64,000 nt of DNA. Source: Octopus sinensis. Lineage: Eukaryota. Position numbers and translations under genes: made by a program. Under the pieces are notes generated by a model, which saw nothing but the letters and a program-made list of their open reading frames with translations, searched no databases and was not told where the DNA came from. Positions 1-10,985 of the stretch are shown here, in pieces. Every line of letters begins with the position of its first letter. Position 1 is the first letter of the stretch. The stretch lies in contig NC_042997.1 in NCBI RefSeq assembly GCF_006345805.1, positions 1,798,001 to 1,862,000 on the forward strand. Reading direction: 5' to 3'.

Positions 1-664
1 AGAGAGGGACTATGGATGAACTGCAGATTCGTCAATATTCCTACAAGCAAGGCTGCTGAAGAAGTGAATACACTTGTCATGCCGAAACTAGTACAAGGGG
101 ATAGTAAAACTTATTCGAAGCTGTAAAAATTTACCCGAAAATACGCCTAAGTTCCCACTGGAACTGATCTATGATCTCAATCCATCACGTTTTGGTTTTG
201 GAGAAGCCCTCTTCTATTATGCTGCTCAGAAACCTTGATCCAGCAGGAGGTCATTGCAACGGAACAATACGTATAGTCTTGAATCTGCACAACCACCTTA
301 TTGAAGCAGAAGTTGCCAATGAAACACATGCTGGAACCTTAATAACGGTACCATGAATTCCACTGACCATCACTGAAGACTATTCGTTCTCATTTTCCAG
401 GAAGCAGTTTCTCGTGAAGCCGGCTTTTGGAATGATATCCAAAAAATCCCAGGGCCAGGCCTTAGAGAAAGTTGGAATTTACCTGCTAATACCCATGTTC
501 AACCATGGCCAGTTCTATGTTGCCAACAGCAGGGTTGGATCTAGAAACAATATGCATATATTAGACTCAGAGTATTAGGTTTCAAATATTACTTTCAAAC
601 TACGAACAGTAGTATAGATATGTATTATCAGAATCGACTGCCCGGAGAGTGGTGGTTCAGCTAG
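1..664 (+). mobile_element. Helitron 3' end (PIF1-like helicase C-terminus, pseudogenised)
   Basis: Translates to MLLRNLDPAGGHCNGT...TVP*IP...KQFLVKPAFGMISKKSQGQALEKVGIYL..PMFNHGQFYVANSRV, matching the Helitron helicase C-terminal motifs (MLLRNL..GLCNGT, KSQGQ, HGQLYVA.SRV). The stop at 354-356 is where R (CGA) is expected. Ends in CTAG|T at 661-665 after a degenerate GC-rich hairpin. Confidence 0.85.
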
Positions 665-777
665 TGTATATGAATGTAACAAAATCAACATGTGAATGAA
701 TGCGGGTGAATATGCATGTGTGTGTATACACACATAAGCGCGTGTGTGTGCGTGTACACACATAGGCATGTATGTGT

Positions 778-935
778 GTCTATTTGTCCCTGTTTGTCCT
801 GCACCACCGTTTGATAAATGATGTTAGCGTGATTACAACCTGGCAAATAAGTCCGCAGATCGATTTCTTCGACATCAATGCAGTGCCCCAGCTTAGCCGC
901 AGTCAAATAACTGAAGCAAGTAAACGACAAATAAT
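778..935 (+). mobile_element. tRNA-derived SINE, 3' half
   Basis: Matches the 3' half of the full copies at 58790-59200 and 51885-52365 (gccgcagtcaaataactgaagcaagtaaa). Confidence 0.7.
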
Positions 936-994
936 AATATATACCTACACACACACACACACACACACACGCACATATATATATATATATATAT

Positions 995-1380
995 CTGGAA
1001 TCCCTGGAAGGAATTGTGCCAAATTTTGGCATTGAAAGCTACACCAATACCAGAACGGGACGACGCTGCATAGTGCCAAAGATCACAGCAACACCACCGC
1101 ACTTCAGTACCAGTTACTGCAACAGCCAGAGTTTCAGGGGCCCACAACCTTTTATTAAGAGCCTGAGGAACCTGCACAAAGTAGATGTAGGTATTTTAAA
1201 ATCAAAGTTGCACCTCTTCCTGTCGAGAGTTCTAGATGAACCTACCTCACGGCAAGAGGCGCAAATGAGGGTACCTACATAAAACACCATTCTTCACTGA
1301 GTACCACATATTAGAGGAGGCTCTCAGTAATAACAGTGTAGCAAAACGGCTGTGCATCAGCATGACCTCAACTCTGAATG
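995..1380 (+). mobile_element. LINE ORF2 C-terminus and 3' UTR relic (CR1/L2/Jockey group)
   Basis: VPNFGIESYTNTRTGRRCIVPKI...FRGPQ...LRNLHKVDVGILKSKLHLFLSRVLDEP resembles the terminal ...LP..LRN...FK..LD.FL..VPDEP segment of these LINEs. Clade not resolvable by eye. Confidence 0.6.
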
Positions 1381-1389
1381 GAAAGTACA

Positions 1390-1402
1390 GTATATATATC
1401 TA

Positions 1403-1452
<50 letters not shown>

Positions 1453-1534
1453 ATATATATACATACATACAAATACATACATACATATATATATACATAA
1501 ATATACTATATATGCATACATATATATAAATAAA

Positions 1535-1569
<35 letters not shown>

Positions 1570-1650
1570 TATATAGATAGATAGATAGATATATAGATAG
1601 ATAGATAGATAGATATAGATAGATAGATAGATATATAGATAGATAGATAA
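1390..1650. repeat. (TA)n / (GATA)n compound microsatellite
   Basis: Seen directly. Confidence 0.95.
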
Positions 1651-1689
1651 TAGATAAGTGGATACACCCCGCACACACACACACATATA

Positions 1690-1830
1690 TACGGCGGGAT
1701 CCATTCACAAGTGTTTGGTCGACCCGAGGCTAGAGTAGAACACACTTACTCAAGGTGCCATGTAGTGAGACTGAACCCCGAACCATGTGGTTGTTTAGCA
1801 AGATACTTACCTCATAGACGCTCCTGCATA
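1690..1830 (-). mobile_element. tRNA-derived SINE, 5' half
   Basis: Reverse complement of the head ...aaccacatggttcggggttcagtctcactac...; same family as 58790-59200. Confidence 0.7.
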
Positions 1831-2345
1831 TATATATATATAACAATAAGTAGCATAATTCACTAAGTAATGCTATTTAATCGGCTATTATTCGTAGTGT
1901 CATTGAAAGCATTATCCCCTGTTACTTATGTTCTTGTGTGGGTAGATAGTGTCGACTCGTGATTATTTACTACACGTCTTTGGTGGAGCGCAGGAAGGCC
2001 GAAATGGGTCAAGCATTCACATGAATCAATTCAATGGCAATTTTATTTTATTGAGGAATATGTGATGTTTTTAACGCACCATACTTATGAAGAGATATTC
2101 TTAGACAAAAATGAACATTATCTTAATTCTCAACGGTGTATACGTCACAGATCGCTATCTTAATTGAATAATCTTTCAAATAGATATACCTATATTATAG
2201 TTAATTTCATTGATGACACTATTTAATTTCTTCCTATATCATGGCTAGACTATAAGCGTGGGAAAATAATCTCGGCACTGTGTAAGAAATCCTACGTAGA
2301 ATTTGAATTGCTAATATCCTTTGCGGACTTTTTCTGTAGTAGTAC

Positions 2346-2346
<1 letters not shown>

Positions 2347-2419
<73 letters not shown>

Positions 2420-2488
2420 AAGAAGAAGAAGAAGAAGAAGAAGAAGAAAAAGAAAAAGAAGAACAAGATTGAAGATGATGATGTTGAA

Positions 2489-2536
<48 letters not shown>

Positions 2537-2540
2537 AATT
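2347..2540. repeat. Compound (AAT)n-(AAG)n-(GAT)n microsatellite
   Basis: Seen directly; source of the poly-N/K/D and poly-I/L ORFs. Confidence 0.95.
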
Positions 2541-2544
2541 ATTA

Positions 2545-2935
2545 TTTCTTCTCTTTGCCACAAGGCCGAAGTGTGTAGGTGTACATATAATAGAATGATA
2601 TAAAAAGAAGTGACATATACATAGTATACAGCAATAAGAAAAAAATGTGATGTGGGTCCTCCGGATACAGAAGGACCACGAGGGATGATCCAGGAACCCC
2701 ACCATTCAATATCACGCTGACAACAGACAAATCCCTTTTCCAACTCCTTTCCTCCGACTCATAGGCCTACACTGAGAGCGGTACCATCCACTGTTACCCT
2801 TTTCGTAACTTTGTCCCACCTTTTCATGAATTCACTCGAGGACAGCGCCGCCCTCGCCACCTTCACTTTCCTTTTCAAGGCGTTTGGGAATCATCCATAA
2901 TATCCGCAACGCCAAGATTCTCCCCTAGGATGTTG
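2545..2935 (-). mobile_element. L1/Tx1-like LINE 3' end
   Basis: Minus strand gives LKRKVKVARAALSSSEFMKRWDKVTKRVTVDGTALSVGL* plus a 3' UTR, homologous to the end of the element at 46220-47575 (RVGREVLLCSKCVER*VNVGRIAGVKGPIL). Confidence 0.65.
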
Positions 2936-3019
2936 CCGCAATTTACCGCCACTAATCCGCTATAAATAAATAAATGTTCCCATTTAGTTATTAAATGTTC
3001 CCATTTAGTTCAATAATAA

Positions 3020-3187
3020 CCAGGGACGTTTAAGAGAACACCGGGGACGTCTAAGAGAACACCGGGGACGTTTAAGAGAACACCGGGGACGTTTAAGAGA
3101 ACACCGGGGGCGTTTAAGATAACACCGGGGACGATTAAGAGAACACCGGGGATGTTTAAGAGAACACCGGGGACGTTTAAGAGAACA
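3020..3187. repeat. 21-bp minisatellite, 8 copies (CCGGGGACGTTTAAGAGAACA)
   Basis: Eight contiguous units, 0-2 mismatches each, no spacers. Confidence 0.95.
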
Positions 3188-3189
3188 CA

Positions 3190-4839
3190 ACAACACATAC
3201 ATATAAAATATGGAAGGAAAATAACATAAATATAGACTTGGATACAGCAATGAACCCTAATAAACTAGCAAACGTACGAAGATACATTCTCAACGCAAAA
3301 ACAAATGTCAGAAATAAAAATAGAACATCTAAAAGAAAAAAAATACATCAGGAAAATGTAGATAGAAGCCACACAACAATGCCCAATAATTTAAACACTG
3401 AACAGTAAAACACGAAGACAAACGTAACATTCCAAACAAACACGATGTAAACAAAAAACAACAAACCCAGACCGTAAGGATGCATAATAATACACGACAA
3501 ACAGCAAGCCAAAATACGACAAACAAACATACGAACGTGAAAAAAGTGACACAAATGTAAAACCTGGAAACAACGAAGGGGAGCCTAATTATTATGATAC
3601 TATAAAAAGTAGAATAATCAAAGAACTGAAAAACACAAATCTCAAGATGGACCACCGACCATACCTCCCAAAAATCGAAATAGACAAAACAACAACATCA
3701 ATTATAAACAGCATAAACCTAGCCGTCACGGAACTAATAGCCACTGAAACAAAAAGCGATATCACTGAGCTAAATGACTTAGTATACGCAGCAGCCACTG
3801 CAGCCACAAAAGAAGCTGGATACTCACTCAAACCCATACAAACAGGAGAACCACCACCCAAACAAACCATGTGGATAAATAACATAAAAAAAAATGAGAA
3901 AAGATCTGTCGATTCTTAATGAAATCAGTAGACAATCAACGATACTGAGCAACAAAAAGAAAACAAAAATACTCCGCAAATACATCACAGAAAAAGATTT
4001 ACCTGAGATAAAAGAAAAGCTAAGGCAAGATATATTTGCCAAAGCATAAAGGATCCGCCGGTACGAGAAACGCCAGCGCTTCTTTGAACAAAACAAAAAG
4101 TTCAACTCCAACCCCAAAAAGTTCTACTAAGAACTTGGCAAAAATAAAATAGAAATCATTGCCGAACCAACGGCAGAAGAAGTGGAAGAATTCTGGAGAG
4201 AAATATGGTCGGCGAATGAACAACCAAAAAAAAAGGAGTATTAAAACAACAAACTCAGCATCTGAGCAACTTTTGACCCCCATAACAACTGAACCTACAT
4301 ACACTGGAAGCTATGCCAACATTATGGAATAACAGCAGAAAAAAGATGGTATAGGCACACACCAGAAAAGGTCACAGAAAACGAGAAAGCAACCATACTC
4401 TGGGATAGGCCGATAGAAATTAAGGCCAACAGACCAGATATAGTTGTCAGAGATCATGAAGAACAAAAATGCTTTCTAATTGAGGTATCAATACCGGCAG
4501 ATGACAACGTGTCTCTAAAAGAAATGGAGAAACTTTCAAAATACAAAGACCTGGAAATAGAGGTAACCAGAATGTGAAATCTAAAAACAAACAATTACTA
4601 TCATAGTAGGTGCATTAGGAATGATAAAAAATATTCAGACAAATACAGAACAAAAACACCAGGACTTACAAACACGTATAACATACAGAAAATTGCACTA
4701 CTAGGCACTGCACACATCCTACGCAGAACACCTTCCATGCAATAACCATCAGAGCATCACAACAAATCACAGCACATACTCAAGGCACACAGAGCTGCGC
4801 TCGGTAGTGAAGTGAAAGCACGCTATAAAAATAAAACTA

Positions 4840-4845
<6 letters not shown>
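3190..4845 (+). mobile_element. R4/Dong-type RLE retrotransposon, 5'-truncated, RT domain deleted, dead
   Basis: N-terminal part homologous to the 5436 ORF (NKLANVRRYI vs NKLSNVRRDI; KKFY*ELGKNKIEI..P..EEVEEFW). At about 4296 it jumps to YIHWKLCQHYG...ILWD..KANRPDIVV..CFLIEVSIP..KYKDL..LGTAHILRRTLSMQ*, then 3' UTR and (AAT)n. Contains stops and frameshifts. Confidence 0.9.

Positions 4846-4895
<50 letters not shown>
4845..4895. repeat. (AAT)n tail / target tract between two R4/Dong elements
   Basis: Seen directly. Confidence 0.9.
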
Positions 4896-4896
<1 letters not shown>

Positions 4897-7800
4897 TCCG
4901 GGCTGAATAACAACATGGATGTTCCCTGGGAGCCTCTCTCCAAAAAACGAATTTAATCCAACAACATCGTTGCAATGGAAGAAAGGTTCCACAAAATATC
5001 TTTTCCAAATTTTCTTTTAAGGCAAAGTAACTAAAAAGTCCGAACTATTATTGCCATATATAGTATGGTTTTCTTTCTTTTATGCATAATATTTCCATGT
5101 GACATGCATAAGAAATAGAAGCGAACATCAGAGCTCTTGAAAGACAGTAAGTACATAAATTGATTAATTAATTAATTAATTAAATAAGTATACATGCAAC
5201 TGTTTATGCATACACGTAGACATTTTAATTGTAAAGTATACATGCAACTGTTTGTGCATACATGTACACATTTTAATTATAAAGCATAAATAATGCTTAC
5301 ACGCGCTCACGCGTACACGCAGATAGAAAAACCACGTTACGCGGACGAAAACAAAACAAAAACAAAGCGATTTTTCACGAACAAACGCTAAAAAGAGCAA
5401 ATTGGTCACTGAATTTAGGACGTCACTGAACAGTTATGCCCGGAAACATGACTACCAAAATAAATAGAGGCGAATTTCGATCTTTAAGTCTTATGCGAGT
5501 TCGATATGAACAATATATTAATTCGGAAAATTCAGAAGCGGTGTTTTGTCAAAAAGTTGACTCTGAAAAAATGGATCCCTCTGATGTCGCCGTCAATCAT
5601 TTAATGAAAACATGCCAAAAATCATGCCGGATCGGTCATCGCCCGGGACAACAAGGACCGCGTTACCCAGTAGGGAACCAGACTGGGGTCGAAAAGTTTG
5701 CTGCTGGAACAAACTCTCAAAAAGACGATCTACCAGGTGACCAGAACCAGAATACTTCTAACTCTGGACTTGTAGTGACACCACCAAAAACACCACCTAA
5801 AGCAAAACGTATAAAATGGACCAGAGAGGACTATAGAGATGTGTTGAAAGCTTTTTATACAGCCCAACTAAACCCAAACAATAACCTCAGTGTACAAACA
5901 TACATCTCATGGAGAAATTCAGTAGGCAATGACGTACGTAGATATATAGACGCAAATAAATTAAGTAATGTACGCAGAGATATAATTAAAAACAAAAGAC
6001 TAACTGACGCTGAAATTGACAAAATTAGGACACTAATAGCTCATGGTAGACCAAAAGAAAACAGCAACAATGTAGACGAAATAGTTAACAGTAGCACAGA
6101 AGCCAGTGTACAAGCGGCAAATCAACTTCCCAATGGGGAAGTTAAACAAAGAATAGCGAAGACGAGAGATTTGAAAAAAGAGGAGAACGTAGACCTTCCT
6201 CAAGAAAACCAAAATAGATATGACATAGAATTTGAGGTGAATAATAGAGAAAAGATTATGGAAACAAAAGTGGACATTATGAGAGAACTCGGCAAGATTG
6301 AGCTCACTGACATGGTTAATAGAGAACCGCTACCAAAGTTTTCAAATGGCACAAGAAATGACAACACAATCATGACATATAACGTTGCCCTAGGACAGAT
6401 CTTAAGAAATAAGGGGAATGATTTGACAACCTTAAATAATCTCATTTATTCCACTGCTAAAGTAGTAACTACCCAACTAGGTATTAAGATGACAAAGAAA
6501 AAAGCCAGGCATGTCAATGAACCTCCTAAGTGGAAAGTAGCGATACAAAAAGAGATTGAATCTCTGCGGGCGGATGTTTCAGTTCTCGATGAGCTTGCTA
6601 GAGGAGTGAATATTAAGCCGAGAAAAGCTAGAAAAATCAAGCAAAAATATAAAATCAAAGATCTCATAAACCTCCCTGCAACTAAGGAACTGTTGAAACA
6701 ACGGATACAGTTGAAAGCTCAACGGCTTAGAAGGTATGACAAAAGAAACAAATTTTATCGACAAAATATTTTTTTTAAGACAGATGCAAAGAAATTTTAT
6801 AGGGAAATTGGCAAAAATAAAATACACATAGAAGACCCACCTAAGATTGAGGAAGTGGAGGAGTTCTGGAAGAAGGTATGGAGCAACGAAAAAGAGTTTA
6901 ATGCTGAGGCTGACTGGATAGAACGTGAGAAAGAGAGACATGATGAACTTGAAGAACAGAAATGGGAAGCAATAGGAATAGAGGAGCTAAGGTGTGTCCT
7001 TAGGAAGGCTCATAAATGGAAAACCCCAGGACTGGATCGGATCCCTAACTTCTGGCTGAATTGTTTGACAGAGGTACACGAACATCTCGCTGCATCTCTG
7101 TCTGATGTCATTCAGAACCCAGAGCAAATACCTGCTTGGCTGACTGAAGGAACCACCTACCTAGTACCTAAAACCGAAGACACAAAAAACCCAAAGAATT
7201 ACCGGCCAATAACATGTCTCAACACCACCTACAAAATCCTCACATCCATAATAACGGAGAGAATGTACGCTTTCCTTGAACAAAATTCTATCCTTCCACA
7301 AGCTCAAAAAGGTTGTAAAAGAAACTGTTATGGGTGCAAAGACCAATTGCTCATAAACGGAATGATTGTAGAGAATTGCCGGAGCAAAAACAAAAACCTG
7401 AGTATGGCATGGATAGACTACAGGAAAGCGTATGACAGTGTCCCACATAAATGGATACTCAAGGCCCTTGAGATATACAAGATCTCTCCTGTCGTCTCAA
7501 AATTCTTAGAGAATAGCATGACCATGTGGAACACACATCTCTTCTAAGCCATAGTAATGGGATGAGCCAGTCCAACAGCATCAACATCAAACGAGGCATC
7601 TTTCAAGGTGACTCCCTCTCTCCATTACTTTTTTGCATGGCACTGATCCCACTCTCAAACGAATTGGATAGTACCAGATATGGGTACAAAGTTTTTAGTA
7701 AGTTAATAAACCACCTTTTCTATATGGACGACCTAAAGCTGTTTGCCAGGAATGACCAAGAGCTAGAAGGGCTGCTAACAACTGTTAAAGAGTTTAGCAA

Positions 7801-9427
7801 TGATATCGGAATGGATTTTGGCCTTGATAAGTGTGCTAAAGCAACTTTTGTAAGAGGCAAGCTCAGGCAAACAGCTTCTGTTAAGTTAGATATTGACACT
7901 ACCATCAAGGAACTTGACCCACAAGAAAGTTACAATTACGTAGGAATCAACGAAGGAGATGGTATACATCATGCTACTATGAAGGAAAAAATAAGAAAGG
8001 AATACTATAGGAGAATAAGGCTTGTACTGAAGACTGAACTCAACTCCAAAAATTGCATTGAGGCCATTAACACCCTGGCACTTCCAGTAGTCCAGTACAG
8101 TTTTAACATTATTAACTGGAACCTTACGGAACTCCAACGCTTGGACAGGAAGACAAGAAAGTTACTGACATCCAAGAGCATGCACCACCCTAAGGCAGAT
8201 GTAGACCGCTTGTACCTACCTAGAAGCAGCGGGGGGAGTGGAATGATGCAATTAGAGCTGTGCTATAAGACCTCTACTGTAGGAATGAACAGGTACCTAT
8301 CTAGTACAAAGGACTGGATGCTGCGACTTGTGTGCGAACACGAAAGCATCAAAAAGCTGCATTCTATTGTCAAGGAAGCTTATAAGTTCGAAAGGGAACT
8401 AGACATTAACCTTGAATCAGATGAAGAGCCGGAAACCACTGCTACCAAGCAAGCAAAGCGAATCAAGCAGACTGCAAAAAAAACGGGCAGAATCAAATTG
8501 AGAGGCGGTGGAGCCAGAAGCCCCTGCATGGACAATATATTCTCCGAAGCCAAAATGCTGATGTAGACCAAGCAACAACCCATCAGTGGCTGAAGAGCTC
8601 TGGATTGAAAGCAGAGACTGAAGGCTTCATAATGGCAGCACAAGATCAAAGCTTGTTTACCAGAAATTACCAGGCTAACGTTCTCCGAAACGGTACTGAC
8701 CCTAAATGCAGATTCTGTGACACATTTGACGAAACAATAGACCATCTCGTTTCGGGATGTCCTGTGCTGACACCAAACGAATACAAAATTCGCCACGATA
8801 GGGTAGGACAGTATATACATTGGAAGATATGTAAACACTACAAATCCGACACTCCTGCTAACTGGTATGAACACCATCCTCAGCCAGTTGTTGAAGGTAA
8901 AGATGTCACCATCCTCTGGGATTTTCCAGTCAACACTGACAGAACGATCAAGGCTAATCGACCAGACATAATTGTTAAAGACGGGGAAGAAAATATCTGC
9001 AGACTAATAGAAGTAAGCGTCCCCACTGATAAAAATGTATCTGTCAAGGAATTTGACAAACTTAGTAAATATAAGGACCTGGAAATCGAAATACAGAGGA
9101 TGTGGAATCTTAAAACAAAAACTGTTCCTGTTATTGTAGGTGCCCTAGGTATGATAAAAAATGGATGTCAGAAACACCTAGACAATATCCCTGGAAAACC
9201 ATGTCTCAAGCAAATCCAAAAGATTGTGCTAACAAGTACTGCCCACATCCTTAGAAAAACCCTATCAATGTAAGTGTTTGTGTTTGCACTACATGGAGAT
9301 ATATCTCTACTTCCCCTCCCCAAGCTTTCAGCTATATTTCAACAACTCTTAACCTTCACTTGCCCTAGGGCGCTGGGTGTGCTCCGGCAAGTGATTGCAT
9401 CAAACATGCAGATTAAAAGTAAATGAC
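4896..9427 (+). mobile_element. Near-intact R4/Dong-type RLE non-LTR retrotransposon
   Basis: Single long reading frame split by two frameshifts; 3' UTR 9274-9427 then (AAT)n. The 5' boundary at 4896 is inferred from the flanking (AAT)n tract and is less certain. Confidence 0.9.
5436..9273 (+). CDS. RT + CCHC zinc knuckle + restriction-like endonuclease polyprotein (about 1279 aa once two -1 deletions are repaired)
   Basis: RT motifs YRPITCLNTTYK, QKGCKR, WIDYRKAYDSVPH, GIFQGDSLSPLLF, YMDDLKL; CRFCDTFDETIDHLVSGC; RHD; RLE RPDIIV..IEVSVP..K..KY. Frameshifts near 7540 and in the A8 run at 8476-8483. The bridging frame reads KKNGQNQIERRWSQKPLHGQY..WLKSSGLKAETEG. Confidence 0.92.
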
Positions 9428-9464
<37 letters not shown>

Positions 9465-9617
9465 TAATAATAATAATAATAATTATGATGATGTTGACGA
9501 CGACGACAACGACGACGACGATGATGATGTTGATGATAAAATAAGAACTTTGCCAGACCACTGAATGCTGGATATAGTAACTTTTAGGAGGAACAAACAA
9601 GAACGTCTAATAACCTA

Positions 9618-10330
9618 AAAAAGAATACTGAATGCCTAATCATCACTGCCCAGGTTCAGTGAAAATGGATATATACCTCATAAGTGCAACGAACCTCTGC
9701 AGAATGTGTGGGAAGATGGTCAAATGCGTGACTCACATAGTTATTGCATGTGAAAGTGTTGCGCAGAAAGAGTACAAGTACGGACACAATATGTTAGCCC
9801 AAAACTTTCAATGGCTACTCTGCTGGAAGTATGGATACGAGGTGATGCATCCTTGACACCAACATACACTGGAAAAAGTAATGGGTGAATAGAGGAAGGC
9901 AAAATCCTGGGTCTTTGATTCTAGACAGACAAGGTAGTAGGAGGGACAAACAAGAGTGATTAATAATCCATGGGGCAGTGCCAGGTGATCAAAATATCAT
10001 GAAAGAAAGAGAAAAGATTGATAAATATGATGACCTGAGAATTGAAATCAACAATATGTGGAAGCTACGAGAGACAGACATAAATGTCGACTATGTTGTC
10101 ATCAGAGCATTGGGTTCAATACCATACAGGCTGAAGAAACATGTAGAAACTTTAGAACTTCCCTACAATCAAGGTGTATTGCAAAAAAATCGCCATAACT
10201 TGGAACGGCAAGCATATTGCGTAAAGTATTGTCTGTCTGAAGACCATGTTGTAGCTTGACAGCTAGTACAAACTACTGGTAGACACAATACCTTCAATCA
10301 ACAACATCACGATATTGGATAATGTGCGAC
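9618..10330 (+). mobile_element. Old R4/Dong relic (zinc knuckle + RLE)
   Basis: KKNTECLIITAQ, LCRMCGKMVKCVTHIVIAC, VPGDQNIMKEREKIDKYDDLRIEINNMW..VVIRALG; stops and frameshifts. Confidence 0.8.
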
Positions 10331-10469
10331 GTCCTAAATTATAGCAGCACGAGTCGAGTATTAATCAAGGCACCGTAGAATTTGCGCGGTTAACATGTTG
10401 GTATTATAAGATCAAAGCTGTTGGCTAGTGATGTAATCATCAGCTTAAGGCTGTAACCGAGGGGAAAAA

Positions 10470-10985
10470 TCCAATGTTTCTTTGGGACTTTCCAAGAGAC
10501 AGAATCAACAAAGATAATAAACCGAGTATTGTATTAGATCGCAGTGCTAAAGTCTGCTTATTGATCGAGATGAGTATCCCTTATGATCTTAATTTTTTCG
10601 GAAATGAATTTGACAAGCTCAGAAATATAAAGATTGTTTCATTGAATTGGAAAAAGAAGTGTGACATCACAAGGCGAGTGCGATATCTGTGATCGTACGA
10701 GCACCAGGAATAATAAAAAAAAAACAGAACTGAAAGTTATACGGGAATGCTCTCGGGATTACAATCTCACAAAGAACTGCAAAAAACTTTTTAAGTCGAA
10801 TGCCATATGTAATGAGAAGAGAATTGTTGCAGTGAGAACGATAACTTGCATGTAAATAATATCTTTTTATATTATTATTTGATTTTATAAATGAAATGGT
10901 GTGTTTATTTTAATGGCTTATCAATGTGTACAGTAGTTCTGTCCTAGCTGTCGGAACACATTTAGCTAGGAATGAAAACATATTT
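10470..10985 (+). mobile_element. Old R4/Dong relic (RLE + 3' UTR)
   Basis: FLWDFP..RINKDNKPSIV..VCLLIEMSIP..EFDKL; its 3' UTR (10897-10980) recurs at 45309-45398 on the minus strand. Confidence 0.75.

Noticed and set aside
3020-3187. CRISPR-like array (also 38641-38730)
   Set aside because: The units are contiguous with no unique spacers, there are no cas genes and the context is eukaryotic.
4896-4990. HDV-like ribozyme at the Dong 5' end
   Set aside because: Only a 5-bp P1 (GGGCU/AGCCU) is available; there is no workable P3/L3 and no GG for P1.1.
7526-8566. Programmed frameshifting giving a three-ORF element
   Set aside because: R4-clade elements have a single ORF; both breaks are simple one-base deletions in otherwise collinear sequence.
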